Counted from the first letter of the stretch, positions 46,530 to 56,788 are shown. The stretch is 64,000 nt of DNA from Abditibacteriota bacterium (GCA_942493375.1 OW818698.1:6082139-6146138); one strand, 5' to 3'. Numbers and translations: made by a program. Notes: a model not told the origin generated them from the sequence alone.

Positions 46530-46800
46530 AAAACAAGGAACCGCGAATCACGCAAAAGCACGCGAAAGAGTATGAACGCCAATCCCTTTTCGCGCATTTA
46601 GCGCATTTAGCGGTTCCTAAAAAAGAAAGCTTCTGACAAGAACCGCGAATCACACGAAAGCACGCGAAAGAGATTCATGCTTATCCCTTTTCGCGTATTT
46701 AGCGCATTTAGCGGTTCCTAAAAAAGAAAGCCTCTAGCAAGAACCGCGAATCACGCGAAAGCACACGAAAGAGATTCATGCTTATCGCTTTTCGCGGTTC
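46530..46800. repeat. Tandem direct repeat, about 100-bp unit and about 2.7 copies. Each unit holds an internal inverted repeat.
   Basis: Unit: AAGAACCGCGAATCACGCGAAAGCACGCGAAAGAG.ATTCATGCTTATCCCTTTTCGCG.ATTTAGCGCATTTAGCGGTTCCTAAAAAAGAAAGC.TCT.ACAAG. GGAACCGC pairs with GCGGTTCC. The last copy is truncated and overlaps the 3' end of the GxxExxY gene. Confidence 0.8.
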
Positions 46801-47228
46801 TTAAACTGATTGGTGTTTTTAGTATTTGCATATCGTCTGGTATCGAATGCTTTTCCACCAAAGTTTATTAGAATGCCTAACGGTAACTCAGTTGCTTTCA
46901 AAGAGTTCAGTATTTGAGATTCGTCAATCTCTGTGATAGTTTTGATTGCCTTTATCTCGATAATTATCTTGTCGTAGCAGAGAAAATCGGTGATATATTC
47001 CTTGCTCAGCAATCGGTCTTTATAAGCTACGGTAATTCTCTTTTGCGGAATAAAGGGTATGTGTCTATCGGAGAATTCGATTTCTAGTGCTTCCTGGTAT
47101 ATCGCTTCTAGAAAACCGCAACCTAAGTGATAGTACACTTCCATAGCAGCACCAACTATTTGGTAGGCTTCTTCTTTGTAAATAATATCATCATACTTAC
47201 TTTGATTGTTGATAAGCACTGGTGACAC
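46782..47228 (-). CDS. GxxExxY family protein (PD-(D/E)XK nuclease superfamily)
   Basis: EEAYQIVGAAMEVYYHLGCGFLEAIYQEAL contains the signature GxxExxY. 148 aa. Confidence 0.75.
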   Translation of the reverse strand: MSPVLINNQSKYDDIIYKEEAYQIVGAAMEVYYHLGCGFLEAIYQEALEIEFSDRHIPFIPQKRITVAYKDRLLSKEYITDFLCYDKIIIEIKAIKTITEIDESQILNSLKATELPLGILINFGGKAFDTRRYANTKNTNQFKNREKR

Positions 47229-47323
47229 CTCCTGCTATTCTGTATCAATATAATGTGTACACCAGATTTTATCATGGAAATATGGTTTTTTGGAGAATCT
47301 ATTGGTGTGCTATATGTTTTGTG

Positions 47324-48151
47324 CTATGGTCGATAAATCAGCAGCACCAGCACTGCGAAGGCGAAGCGGTAGATGGCGAAGGCGGCCAGGGATCTTTTTT
47401 GGACGAAGTTCATCAGGAACCTGATTGCCAGATAACCGGATATTGCAGCTGTAATAAGCCCTACTGCAAATACTGCTAACTCACTGCTTGTTATTCCGAC
47501 TTTCAGGAAGTTTTTGTAGAACTGAAGCAATGCAGCTGCAACGATTATGGGCATAGACATCAGGAAACTGAATCTGGCTGCAGCTTCTCTTTCGAGGTTA
47601 AGGAAGAGGCCAGCGGTTATGGTTGCTCCTGAGCGTGATACACCCGGAAACAGCGCCATTGCCTGGGCAAGACCAATGATGATGTAGTCCTTGTAGTTCA
47701 TCTGCCCCATCGGTCTGTTTCTACGTCCCAGTTTCTCCCCAAGCAGCATCACCAATCCCACAATTACCATTGGTATTATCACGAAATATGGGTTGCGCAG
47801 GGTCTCTTCAATATAATCATTCCACTTATATCCAACCAGTGCAGCCGGTACACATGCAACGATTATTGGTATCATCTGTCTGCCATGAGAGCCTCCGGCT
47901 TCCATCTCTATGTAGTCTTTTCGTTTTACTACATGGGAATAGAACTGGGTGATTATCTTGACCCAGTCTCTCCAGAAGAATGCAATCAGGGCGATTACGG
48001 TTCCCAGGTGTAGAGCTACATCAAATGTCAGCCCCATATCTTTCCAGCCAAGCAGTTTAGGTATTATTATCAAGTGCCCTGAACTACTTACAGGTATAAA
48101 CTCAGTAAGACCTTGAATCAGACCCAGGATAATGGCTTCAATGAAATGCAA
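47324..48151 (-). CDS. uppP: Undecaprenyl-diphosphate phosphatase
   Basis: MHFIEAIILGLIQGLTEFIPVSSSGHLII is the canonical UppP/BacA N-terminus. Eight TM helices. 275 aa. Confidence 0.85.
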   Translation of the reverse strand: MHFIEAIILGLIQGLTEFIPVSSSGHLIIIPKLLGWKDMGLTFDVALHLGTVIALIAFFWRDWVKIITQFYSHVVKRKDYIEMEAGGSHGRQMIPIIVACVPAALVGYKWNDYIEETLRNPYFVIIPMVIVGLVMLLGEKLGRRNRPMGQMNYKDYIIIGLAQAMALFPGVSRSGATITAGLFLNLEREAAARFSFLMSMPIIVAAALLQFYKNFLKVGITSSELAVFAVGLITAAISGYLAIRFLMNFVQKRSLAAFAIYRFAFAVLVLLIYRP

Positions 48152-49349
48152 TTAACGTTCTCCCATTGGATTGACTTGTTTACTCCGGCGAGGGAGTATG
48201 TAGTAGTAGCGTATTATGTCTCTGATTATTGCTGCAACCGGCGCTGCCAGAAACATACCGATCAGCCCGAAGAACTCGGCTCCTATTAGCAGTACGATAA
48301 TAACTACCGCAGGTCTCAAGTGAAGCCTGTCCCCAATCAACTTTGGCATTACAAACTTACTCTCAGCAAAGTGCATAACTGTTACGAATATAAGCAGGAT
48401 CAGGGCGATATCTACTCTGTCAGTCTTTAGGAGTCCCACAAGCACTATGGGAATACCGCTTACTACAGGACCGATAACTGGTATCGCTCTGGTTATTGCT
48501 GCAAACAATGCTAATACCAGAACATATGGCATATCCAGAACAGACAGGAAAAGCCCTGTCAGTATTCCAGCGATAGCGCACAGTATTAGCTGTCCAATAA
48601 CGTAGCTCTGAAGGATTTGTCCCAGTCTGCGGCCTATTCTCAATCCATCACGCAGTCTGCGGTGTGGTAAGGCACCGTAAATCTCGCTGGTGATTGATCT
48701 GTAGTCTAATAAGAAATAGAAAGCCAGCACCGGTATGAGAAAGAGCTCCATAACAATACCGACCGAGGAAGTTACAAATTTGAGTGTTCTCTGGACATAT
48801 CCGCCTGCTATTTCAACCAGATTGGTCGTGTCCAGACCACTTATCCAACCCCTGACAGTCTCTGGCACTGCGTTGTAATACCATGCACCGGCTCTTTCCA
48901 CCAGACTCCCCGTTTTCGTTACATAAACGCTAAAGTTTTTGCTGAACTGCTGGATTTCCTCGGTGATTGGAGCCAGCATCGCATTTTGTACCGACTACTA
49001 GAATGGCTATAAAACTAAAGAAGACTATGATTGTTGCAAGTAAGCGTCTGTCGCTATATTTCAGAGACATTCTGCTGCACAGCTGTTTCCAGCGTGGTTT
49101 ATCGCTCAGCCGCTCATCATCACATCTTTTTGGTACCAACAGGTGCATAGAGAGCCATTCGACAGCTGGTAGCATTATATATGTCAGAATGACTGCCACC
49201 ATGACTGATACCAGGACAAGTTGAATACGCCAGATGACATAAATCGCCAACAGAGCAGCTAGCAATCTGACAATTATTACCCAGAATGGGGATGAGACTC
49301 TTATCCAGAAAGGATTTTGGTTATCGTTAGTTTGTTGCATATTCCTCAA
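48152..49349 (-). pseudogene. AI-2E family transporter (PerM/YhhT-like) split by a +1/-1 frameshift near 48930-48980
   Basis: The N-terminal 139-aa ORF (48930..49349) carries the AI-2E start (VILTYIMLPAVEWLSMHLL). The C-terminal 275-aa ORF (48152..48979), in another frame, carries the rest (VIGPVVSGIPIVLVGL...FVMPKLIGDRLHLRP...FLAAPVAAIIRDIIRY). The two overlap by 50 nt. Either a real pseudogene or a sequencing error. Confidence 0.55.
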
Positions 49350-50479
49350 ATGCCGAATCTAGTTGAGATAGCCTGCCAGGTTTTCTCAGCTGAAGAGCCG
49401 TCTCCATATGGATTGCTGACCTGCGACATCGAGTCATAAGCAGCCCGGTCTCTGAGTAGTAAGTTTGCATTGGTTACAATGTTTTCAGTCAGTGTGCCTA
49501 TCAGTTTTGCGTTGCCGGCTTCTACGCCTTCCGGTCTTTCTGTTGTCTCTCTAAGCACTAGAACAGGTCTGCCCAGAGATGGCGCTTCTTCCTGCACTCC
49601 ACCGGAATCTGTCAGCACAAGGTATGAATGCTTAATCAAATGCACAAATGGCACATAGTCAGGTGGTTCTATCAGAGTGATTCTCTGCTTGTTCTCTAAT
49701 ATAGGATATACGGTTTCCCTTACAATAGGGTTCCTGTGGACAGGGAAAAGCACATGAACTTCCGGGTTTTCTTCAACTATCTGCAGGACTGCTTTGCAGA
49801 TATCTTCCATTCGCTCTCCCCAGTTTTCCCGTCTGTGAGCTGTTACCAGTATCATCTTGTCGGATTTAATGGCTTCGCAGATCCTGGGGTCTTCAAACTT
49901 ATATTCCTGCTGTGATATGCTAAGCAGAGCGTCGATAACAGTGTTACCCGTAACGAAAATATCTGCTTCTCTAACACCTTCCCTTAGAAGGTTAGCTTTG
50001 GCTGTTGGTGTAGGAGCAAAGTGCAGATCAGCTATTACAGCTGACAACCTACGGTTCATTTCTTCCGGGAACGGATCATACTTGTTGTCTGTTCTTAAGC
50101 CGGCTTCTACATGTCCGAAAGGCACTTTATTGTAAAAGGAAGCCAGGCTCGCGACGAATGTGGATGATGTATCTCCCTGCGCTAGGACCAGGTTAGGGGA
50201 TAGTTGGGAGATCAGTTCATCAAGTCCTTCGAGCACTCTTACAGTTAACTGCGTGAGTGTCTGTTTAGCTGCCATTACGTGCAGATCATAGTTCGGGTGC
50301 AGGTCAAAAGCTCTCAAAACCTGCTCCAGCATCTCCCGGTGTTGACCCGTAACCACGAGGGTCAGGTCAACTTTGTCTGATCTCTTTTTTAGATCGTTGA
50401 CAATTGGAGCCATCTTCACCGTATCCGGCCTGGTGCCGCATATGGCCATGATCTTTAACTTATGGGCACGATTTGGCAT
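49346..50479 (-). CDS. wecB: UDP-N-acetylglucosamine 2-epimerase (non-hydrolysing)
   Basis: KIMAICGTRPDTVKMAPIV...HVEAGLRT...DSGGVQEEAPSLGRPVLVLRETTERPE are the hallmark WecB/MnaA motifs. Confidence 0.85.
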   Translation of the reverse strand: MPNRAHKLKIMAICGTRPDTVKMAPIVNDLKKRSDKVDLTLVVTGQHREMLEQVLRAFDLHPNYDLHVMAAKQTLTQLTVRVLEGLDELISQLSPNLVLAQGDTSSTFVASLASFYNKVPFGHVEAGLRTDNKYDPFPEEMNRRLSAVIADLHFAPTPTAKANLLREGVREADIFVTGNTVIDALLSISQQEYKFEDPRICEAIKSDKMILVTAHRRENWGERMEDICKAVLQIVEENPEVHVLFPVHRNPIVRETVYPILENKQRITLIEPPDYVPFVHLIKHSYLVLTDSGGVQEEAPSLGRPVLVLRETTERPEGVEAGNAKLIGTLTENIVTNANLLLRDRAAYDSMSQVSNPYGDGSSAEKTWQAISTRFGI

Positions 50480-50518
50480 TTGTGTTGAACCCCTTATTTT
50501 ATCTTAGAGTATGGCACC

Positions 50519-50626
50519 GGCCCAATTCCCCCTTTGAAGGGGGGTAGGGAGGATGTGATAAAAACTGTAGTATCTATCATCAATCCGCACATCCCCCTAC
50601 CCCCTTCAAAGGGGGAATTGGGGTGG
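50519..50626. repeat. Long palindrome (about 37-bp arms and about 30-nt loop, family 4) between wecB and the wecA-like gene
   Basis: CCCAATTCCCCCTTTGAAGGGGGGTAGGGAGGATGTG...CACATCCCCCTACCCCCTTCAAAGGGGGAATTGGG. Shorter relatives (CCCAATTCCCCC...) occur at 30795..30825 and 43903..43935. Confidence 0.75.
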
Positions 50627-50649
50627 ATCGTGTCAGAACAGAGTTGCAG

Positions 50650-51642
50650 TTATTTCACAGTAACAAAAAGCAGGTAAGCCAGTGCACATAATAGTGCTGT
50701 AAGGCCATATACCGTCCACACAACCTGCTGGGTGCTGTAGCCTTTATCCATCAGTCTGTGATGGAGATGGGTGCGGTCGGCTTCACTTATCTTTTTACCG
50801 GAAGCCAGCCTGCGGATTACCACTAATGCAGTATCTCCAAGTGGAACTCCCAGAGCAATAATCGGTGCTCCTATGGCTACGAGGGTCGTGATCTTGAATG
50901 CACCAACAAGAGATATCGCTGCCAGCATAAACCCAAGGAACTGTGCTCCTACAGTTCCCATGAATATTTTGGCGGGTGGATAGTTGAACCTTAAAAATCC
51001 CAGACAAGCGCCAACCAGAGCAGCGGACATAATGGCCGCAAGCTTTACACTGTTCATCATTTCCGGAGATTTAGGGGTTGCTGCCAGTGCCATCAATAGC
51101 AAGGTTGCAGAGATGATCAGCGATATTCCCGCTGCCAGTCCATCAACTCCATCCATGCAGTCAACAGCCTTTGTTACCATTAGTATCCATATTACAGTAA
51201 ATGGTATACCCAGATAACCCAAGGGTATAGTCTGTCCACCACCGCGGAATGGATAGGTGATTGCGCTGACCGTTACTCCAAACATATACAGGATGCATCC
51301 AGCGATTACTATAGTAAGTGCCTGCACCCATCCAGGAAGCTCGTAGCGGTCGTCAAGCATACCAACTATAGCCACGAACGATGCACTCAACAGGACTCCA
51401 CCAGCTGTTCGATCGAAGAACAGCTTATTGTCCAGTGCTAAAGCCACAACCAGCGTCACCGCAAAAGCCATATACATAGCAGCCCCACCCAACAGTGGGG
51501 TAGGGCGCTTATGTGTTCTGCGTCCGCCTGGTTTCGCTACAACTCCGTATCGCATTGCAAATCTGCGTGCAACCGGTGTCAATAGATACGAAACCAATAG
51601 GCTCATTACTACGGCTATTAATGCTGCGGTACCTGTACTCAT
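50650..51642 (-). CDS. Glycosyltransferase family 4 polyprenyl-phosphate HexNAc-1-phosphate transferase (WecA/TagO/MraY-like)
   Basis: About 10 TM helices. LGGAAMYMAFAVTL... and VDGLAAGISLI... are MraY/WecA-family cytoplasmic-loop motifs. It is adjacent to wecB and uppP. Confidence 0.75.
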   Translation of the reverse strand: MSTGTAALIAVVMSLLVSYLLTPVARRFAMRYGVVAKPGGRRTHKRPTPLLGGAAMYMAFAVTLVVALALDNKLFFDRTAGGVLLSASFVAIVGMLDDRYELPGWVQALTIVIAGCILYMFGVTVSAITYPFRGGGQTIPLGYLGIPFTVIWILMVTKAVDCMDGVDGLAAGISLIISATLLLMALAATPKSPEMMNSVKLAAIMSAALVGACLGFLRFNYPPAKIFMGTVGAQFLGFMLAAISLVGAFKITTLVAIGAPIIALGVPLGDTALVVIRRLASGKKISEADRTHLHHRLMDKGYSTQQVVWTVYGLTALLCALAYLLFVTVK

Positions 51643-52932
51643 TTAATCATATACCGGGAATTTATCAGTAAGGTTCCTAACCTCTGTTGCTACTATCTGC
51701 CTGACTTGCGTGTCTTCTGCAGAGTCTCCGGTATGTTTGAGGCATCGGACGATCAGATCAGCGATGATATCCATCTCAGCTTCCTTCATACCACGGGTCG
51801 TCACGCAGGGAGTACCAAGTCTCAGTCCGCTGGTAACCATAGGCTTTTCCTTGTCAAACGGGATCATATTTCTATTTGCAACTATCCCTATATCGTCAAG
51901 GACAACCTGAGCTACTTTGCCGTTGATACCGAGTGATGTCATATCTACAAGCATGAGGTGGTTCTCGGTACCTCCACTGACTAACCGAAGCCCTCTGGAG
52001 CTCAGACCATCTGCTAATGCTTTAGCATTTTTCCTGATCTGCTGCTGATAGTCTTTGAAACTCGGCTGCATTGCCTCTTTCAGACAGACTGCCTTCGCGG
52101 CAATAATATGTTCTAATGGACCACCCTGCAGACCAGGGAATACTGCTTTGTCTATTGCCTTGGCTATATCCTGTTTGCAAAGGATAATACCTGATCTTGG
52201 CCCCCGGAGTGTCTTATGGGTTGTAAAAGTTACCGCATGGCAGTGAGGGACGGGAGAGGGATGTTCTCCGCCTGCAACCAGACCTGCAATGTGGGCAATA
52301 TCCGCCATCAAAATTGCACCGACCTTGTCAGCAATCTTCCTGAAGCGTTCGAAGTCTATTATCATCGGATAGACTGTAGCTCCGCAGACGATCACTTTCG
52401 GTCTGCACTCTTCAGCTTGCTTCTCTATCGCATCGTAGTCAAGTATCTCTTTTTCCGGGGTCACACCGTAGTGGACCGGATTATATAGAATACCGGAGAA
52501 GTTAACAGGGCTTCCGTGGGTCAAGTGTCCGCCGTGAGCAAGGTCCATCGCCATGAAAGTATCGCCCGGTTTCATGAATGCATGGTATACAGCCATGTTG
52601 GCCTGAGAACCAGCGTGGGGCTGAACATTTGCATGATCAGCACCAAACAGCTCTTTGGCGCGCTCTATGGCTAGGGTTTCTACCTGGTCAACGAATTCAC
52701 ATCCGCCGTAATATCTCTTGCCGGGATAACCTTCGGCATATTTATTAGTAAGGGCAGAACCCTGGGCTTCCATAACTGCTTTACTGGCGTAGTTTTCGGA
52801 AGCGATCAGTAGAATCTTTGAGTTCTGTCGCTTGATATCTGATTGGATGATCCCGGCTACTTCCGGGTCTATCTGACTTAGTGGGGCGTTCATTAATGAA
52901 CGCAAATCTGATTGGGTCTGATCTGCAGACAC
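51643..52932 (-). CDS. glyA: Serine hydroxymethyltransferase
   Basis: [27 protein letters not shown] and the [15 protein letters not shown]-lysine motif. GTG start at 52932 with GGAGG at 10-nt spacing, 3 nt after the rpiB stop. The ORF-track ATG at 52956 would overlap rpiB. Confidence 0.85.
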   Translation of the reverse strand: MSADQTQSDLRSLMNAPLSQIDPEVAGIIQSDIKRQNSKILLIASENYASKAVMEAQGSALTNKYAEGYPGKRYYGGCEFVDQVETLAIERAKELFGADHANVQPHAGSQANMAVYHAFMKPGDTFMAMDLAHGGHLTHGSPVNFSGILYNPVHYGVTPEKEILDYDAIEKQAEECRPKVIVCGATVYPMIIDFERFRKIADKVGAILMADIAHIAGLVAGGEHPSPVPHCHAVTFTTHKTLRGPRSGIILCKQDIAKAIDKAVFPGLQGGPLEHIIAAKAVCLKEAMQPSFKDYQQQIRKNAKALADGLSSRGLRLVSGGTENHLMLVDMTSLGINGKVAQVVLDDIGIVANRNMIPFDKEKPMVTSGLRLGTPCVTTRGMKEAEMDIIADLIVRCLKHTGDSAEDTQVRQIVATEVRNLTDKFPVYD

Positions 52933-52934
52933 TG

Positions 52935-53399
52935 TTATACTTCCTCCCGCGCGCAATCAAGCGCGTTTATCTTATCAACACGAGTCTCGTGTCGAGTTCC
53001 TGCTTGAAAAGGGGTTTGCAGAAATGCTTCTACTATTTCCAGGGCAAGGCCAAGTCCGACCACACGGGAACCAAAACCTATAATGTTGGCATTGTTGTGT
53101 GCTCTGCTCATCCGGGCTGAGTAAGGTTCGGAGACGCAGGCAGCGCGGACACCTTTGATTTTATTGGCTGATATCGTTATGCCGACTCCAGTGCCGCAAA
53201 CCAGAATGCCAAGGTCAAACTCTCCCGCAGCAACAGCTCTGCCTACTATGGCCCCGAAATCAGGATAATCTACGGAATCCGGAGTATGGGTGCCCATATC
53301 AGTGACTTCGTAAGAGATATTGCTGGAAATAGCGTCGAAAATATTGTTTTTGAGATCGAAACCAGCATGGTCCGACCCTATAGCGATGCGGATTTTCAC
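52935..53399 (-). CDS. rpiB: Ribose-5-phosphate isomerase B
   Basis: [17 protein letters not shown]...CGTGVGISI are RpiB/LacAB signatures. 154 aa. Confidence 0.85.
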   Translation of the reverse strand: MKIRIAIGSDHAGFDLKNNIFDAISSNISYEVTDMGTHTPDSVDYPDFGAIVGRAVAAGEFDLGILVCGTGVGITISANKIKGVRAACVSEPYSARMSRAHNNANIIGFGSRVVGLGLALEIVEAFLQTPFQAGTRHETRVDKINALDCAREEV

Positions 53400-53450
53400 G
53401 GTTTATATACTCCTTATTACCGAGGATATTATAGCCTTGGGTGGCTCCGG

Positions 53451-53479
53451 TTGTAAAGCTGGCCCGGTTCTGGTACAAT
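53451..53479 (+). promoter_or_regulatory. Near-consensus sigma-70-type promoter upstream of 53521
   Basis: TTGTAA, a 17-nt spacer, then TACAAT, located 40 nt upstream of the ATG. Confidence 0.4.
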
Positions 53480-53520
53480 CACTATGTACCTAACCGTGGT
53501 TTTCATTCTTCGTTACCCGG

Positions 53521-54261
53521 ATGGGTCGGAGGTATATATTGAAAGAGCAGTTGAAAACTGTCTATAAAATTCACTGCATCGATAAAAGAGCAGCTGTGCT
53601 TAAGGCGCAACTGGCTGAGATTACTGCGTCTGATGAGTTCAAAAGGAAGATGGAATCTGCGGATCGTGCCGTTGCTTCTACTACCGCGGACTTAATAAAA
53701 AAAGACGCCGATATCAAGGATGCTGAACTGAGGCTGAAGTCTTTAGAGACAAAGCAGGCAGACTATGAAAAGCGCTATTATGACGGTAGTGTGAAAAACC
53801 CAAAAGAGTTGACCGCGATTGAAAAAGAAATCCAGCTGTTGAAGCAGCAGAGGTCAAAGATCGATGGGGAATTACTGGCTCTTTATGAGACTGCTACTGC
53901 AATGAGGGAGAAGCTTGCAAAAGCATCTAATGCCTCTCAAGTCTGGCGTCAGAGATATGATGTTGCTTACAAAAAGGAAGGCTCAGCCCGCCATAAACTG
54001 GAAAAAGAGCTGGCATCATTGATGACAGCCCGTAAGTCCAGTGTGGTGAAGGTTACCAACAGGGAGCTGATCTCCAGGTATGAAGCCATATCCAAGCGAG
54101 TAGGGGACACCGGCGCGGCTCTTGTGGTGGATAACCGCTGTGAAGCTTGCCATGTTGCGGTTACACATTATATAACCAGGGCTCTTGAGTCCGGGACTAT
54201 ATATGAGACGTGTGAAAGTTGCGGCAGAATCCTGTTGAGTTCCAAGGAATGCTCAGAGTAA
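53521..54261 (+). CDS. COG1579 / DUF164-type coiled-coil protein with a C-terminal C4 zinc ribbon
   Basis: Long coiled-coil (heptad-rich with K/E/L) ending in CEACHVAV...CESCGRIL. 246 aa. Confidence 0.6.
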   Translation: MGRRYILKEQLKTVYKIHCIDKRAAVLKAQLAEITASDEFKRKMESADRAVASTTADLIKKDADIKDAELRLKSLETKQADYEKRYYDGSVKNPKELTAIEKEIQLLKQQRSKIDGELLALYETATAMREKLAKASNASQVWRQRYDVAYKKEGSARHKLEKELASLMTARKSSVVKVTNRELISRYEAISKRVGDTGAALVVDNRCEACHVAVTHYITRALESGTIYETCESCGRILLSSKECSE

Positions 54262-55685
54262 CCATACACACCGACGGCGCGTGCAAGGGAAATCCCGGGG
54301 ACGCTGGTGTCGGTGTGGTTATCAAGGATGAGACCGGCACAATAATCAGAGAGATAGCCGAATATATTGGAAAGACTACCAATAATGAGGCGGAATACAT
54401 AGCTTTATTGGTTGGTTTGAGGGAAGCTGTCCTGCTTGAAGCTTCGGAGGTTCTGGTCAAAACAGACTCCGAACTTATGGCCAGGCAGCTTAATGGTCAG
54501 TATCAGGTCAAATCTCCCAAACTCATCAACCTTTATCAGGAAGCAGTGGACGTCCTGAGAGGTTTTAAGAAAGCCAGGATAGTCCACGTCATGCGTGAAG
54601 AAAACTCCAGGGCGGATGCGCTGGCCAACGAAGGCGTCAAGAAAAAGAACAAGCCAAAACCAGCAGCAACAGCCAAAGAGCCAAAACCAGCAACTGCCCC
54701 CAAACCAATCGAACCAAAACCCAGGGTTGAAGCTGTAATTGCCGAAACTCCGAAGGCTGTTCTCAAAGAGCAGGCTGCTCCAACAATTTCTGCAATAACT
54801 GAAACCCCAACGTTTCCTACTGCACGCCTCAGTTCACCGTCAGGTTCAGAGCTTATCCTGGTCAATGGGGACTGTATTGCAGGTATGCGTTCACTTATAG
54901 ATGATGGCAGTATCGATGTCGTTGTTACTTCCCCTCCATACAATCTTGGAATAAGTTACAGTGAATATGATGATACTTCCTCCAGAGAAGAATATTTGCA
55001 GTGGATGGACGAATGGGCAATAGAAGTCAAAAGAGTCCTGGACGCTAAAGGGTCATTCTTCTTGAACGTAGGTTCCAAACCCACAGACCCGTATGTGCCG
55101 TTCGATCTGCTTGGAGTCATGCGCAAACACTTTGCATTGCAGAACACTATCTACTGGGTGAAGTCCATCGCTATTCTTAAATCTGAGGTTGGGAGCTATC
55201 CGGGCATCATGTCCGATGTCGTTGTAGGGCACTACAAGCCAATCAACAGCAAACGGTTCGTAAACGATTGTGCGGAGTTCATATTCCATTTTACTCACAA
55301 TAATGACGTAGAACTGGACCGGAAAGCTATTGGGGTCCCTTACCAGGACAAAACAAACATCAAGAGATGGGGTTCCGGGGAATCAGCAGTCCACTGCAGG
55401 GGCAACACCTGGTTTATCCCTTATGATACAATCAACAGCAGCGAAAAAGACCGCCCACATCCGGCATCTTTCCCAATAGATCTGCCAAGAAGATGCATCA
55501 CGCTGCACGGCAAAGAAAAAACCGGCAGAGTCCTGGACCCATTCCTGGGAATAGGCACCTCAGCCCTCGCCTGCGCTGAACTTGGAATAGACTTCATGGG
55601 CTTCGAAATGGCCGAAGACTACTTCGCAATATCAGAAGACCGAGTAAAATCCGCTTGCAAACCGGTTCCAACGCTGGACCTGTAG
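54249..55685 (+). CDS. RNase HI-like domain fused via a Lys/Pro-rich linker to a beta-class N4-cytosine/N6-adenine DNA methyltransferase
   Basis: RNase H: [14 protein letters not shown]...[10 protein letters not shown]...KTDSELM...NSRADALA (DEDD). Linker [28 protein letters not shown]. MTase: motif IV SPPY ([10 protein letters not shown]) lies N-terminal to motif I ([17 protein letters not shown]). The start overlaps the stop of the upstream gene. Confidence 0.75.
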   Translation: MLRVTIHTDGACKGNPGDAGVGVVIKDETGTIIREIAEYIGKTTNNEAEYIALLVGLREAVLLEASEVLVKTDSELMARQLNGQYQVKSPKLINLYQEAVDVLRGFKKARIVHVMREENSRADALANEGVKKKNKPKPAATAKEPKPATAPKPIEPKPRVEAVIAETPKAVLKEQAAPTISAITETPTFPTARLSSPSGSELILVNGDCIAGMRSLIDDGSIDVVVTSPPYNLGISYSEYDDTSSREEYLQWMDEWAIEVKRVLDAKGSFFLNVGSKPTDPYVPFDLLGVMRKHFALQNTIYWVKSIAILKSEVGSYPGIMSDVVVGHYKPINSKRFVNDCAEFIFHFTHNNDVELDRKAIGVPYQDKTNIKRWGSGESAVHCRGNTWFIPYDTINSSEKDRPHPASFPIDLPRRCITLHGKEKTGRVLDPFLGIGTSALACAELGIDFMGFEMAEDYFAISEDRVKSACKPVPTLDL

Positions 55686-55739
55686 AAACGTCCCGCAATT
55701 CCCCCGTGGCGAACAACCACAATCTTGGAGGGGGTTAGG

Positions 55740-55950
55740 CGGATTGATTCCTTCCCAACTCCGTTAGCCCTGAGTAGCCGTAGGCGTATCGAAGGGCGGC
55801 TGCGGAGAGCCATTCCCTTTAGTTCCTTCGGTTGTCGAGTGCAACGGAACAGCCGAAGTCGGACTAATACCACGTATGGTTACATGCGATCTGATGCCAT
55901 ATCTTCGGTAGTTCCACTTCGTTCGACTACCGAAGGAACAAAGCAGAGCA
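55740..55950. repeat. Modular hairpin repeat cluster (family 6, units A, B, C), copy 1
   Basis: Unit A arm TAGCCCTGAGTAGCCGTAGGCGTATCGAAGGGCGG. Unit B CTTCGGTTGTCGAGTGCAACGGAACAGCCGAAGTCGG. Unit C ATGCCATATCTTCGGTAGTTCCACTTCGTTCGACTACCGAAGGAAC. The same units recur at 56420-56510, 56788-56812, 58368-58425, 61995-62360 and 63706-63866. Confidence 0.8.
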
Positions 55951-55995
55951 AATCCTGAGAATGCAAAGAAACAGTTTGTTGAGGAACTTCAGTGG

Positions 55996-56397
55996 ATGTG
56001 CAAGAGCGGCTATAATGTCTATCTACAGCACCATGCATTCAAGCAGATTGGAAGTAACGGATGGCAGTCAGTTTCAGCAGAAATTGGAGAATTGAATTGG
56101 TTTATCTCGCAGGTGGACCGTCCTAATATAAAGATGGCTCTAGATTTAGGGCATATGGACCCTGCAAAAGACAACCCTGAAAAAATGGCAGTTGATTTGA
56201 AAGATAAGCTGGGAATGGTTCTCCTGAGCAGTTGTAAAACAGATTCCTATAACCAAAGCTACGATTCCCATTCTCCTGCAGCTCAACATTGGAAAAAGAT
56301 GCCCTGGCTTAAGAACACCGGAGTCCCCATCATCTTTGACGCTGACTATAAAAGCACATCAGAAGAATATGAGGACCTGGAACTGCTGGGGAATTGA
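55996..56397 (+). pseudogene. C-terminal fragment of a xylose-isomerase-like TIM-barrel (sugar phosphate isomerase/epimerase) gene. The 5' part is replaced by a family-6 repeat.
   Basis: IKMALDLGHMD and NTGVPIIFD resemble the beta-7/beta-8 metal-binding strands of AP-endonuclease-2/xylose-isomerase-fold proteins. Only about 133 aa are present versus about 280 expected. The frame runs upstream into the repeat. Confidence 0.4.
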
Positions 56398-56530
56398 TGA
56401 GATTTATATAAATGAGCAATGGAACTGCCGAAGTCGGGTTTCGACATCGTATGTTTACAAGTGATCTGAGACCCCATCTTTGGCAGTTTGGCTACCGAAG
56501 GAACGCAGAGACGTGAGGGATATATAAAGT

Positions 56531-56788
56531 ATGCGATTACGCCAGGAATTATTGAGTTTGTTGCAGGAGGTAGTAAGAGAACAATCTCCTGATCTACTTC
56601 CGGCAATCGAGCAGTTGGCTCATGATCGTCTTCCGTCCCGAGTGGAAGCAGATTTGCTGATAGACATCATCTTCTCGGAAGTTGCACGTACTGGCTTTTT
56701 TGAAACAGATGAATCAATCAAAAGAGGACTTATGCTGGAGGAAATAGGTGACTTCCTTTGTGATTCGGATTACCAAGATTCGAACTAG
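56531..56788 (+). CDS. Small hypothetical acidic protein (85 aa), repeat-flanked
   Basis: ORF bounded by family-6 repeat units on both sides. No recognisable family. Confidence 0.3.
   Translation: MRLRQELLSLLQEVVREQSPDLLPAIEQLAHDRLPSRVEADLLIDIIFSEVARTGFFETDESIKRGLMLEEIGDFLCDSDYQDSN

Noticed and set aside
46530-46800. Possible CRISPR array (also the 22-bp repeats at 40440-40500)
   Set aside because: The repeat units are about 100 bp, or 22 bp with no unique spacers between them. No cas genes are nearby. This is not CRISPR architecture.
48930-49349. Treating 48930..49349 and 48152..48979 as two separate genes
   Set aside because: Together they reconstitute one AI-2E transporter with a 50-nt out-of-frame overlap. 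Neither half is a plausible stand-alone protein.
52933-52956. ORF-track ATG start (52956) for glyA
   Set aside because: It would overlap rpiB by 22 nt and has no RBS. The GTG at 52932 sits 10 nt downstream of GGAGG and 3 nt after the rpiB stop. The in-frame ATG at 52893 remains a possible alternative.
55725-55958. ORFs 55725..55958, 62173..62385 and 63706..63972 (peptides ...LRQFHFVRLPKER..., ...LALSSRRRIEGRLRRA...)
   Set aside because: They are translations of the family-6 repeat units. The same peptides recur wherever the repeat occurs, and they have no RBS.
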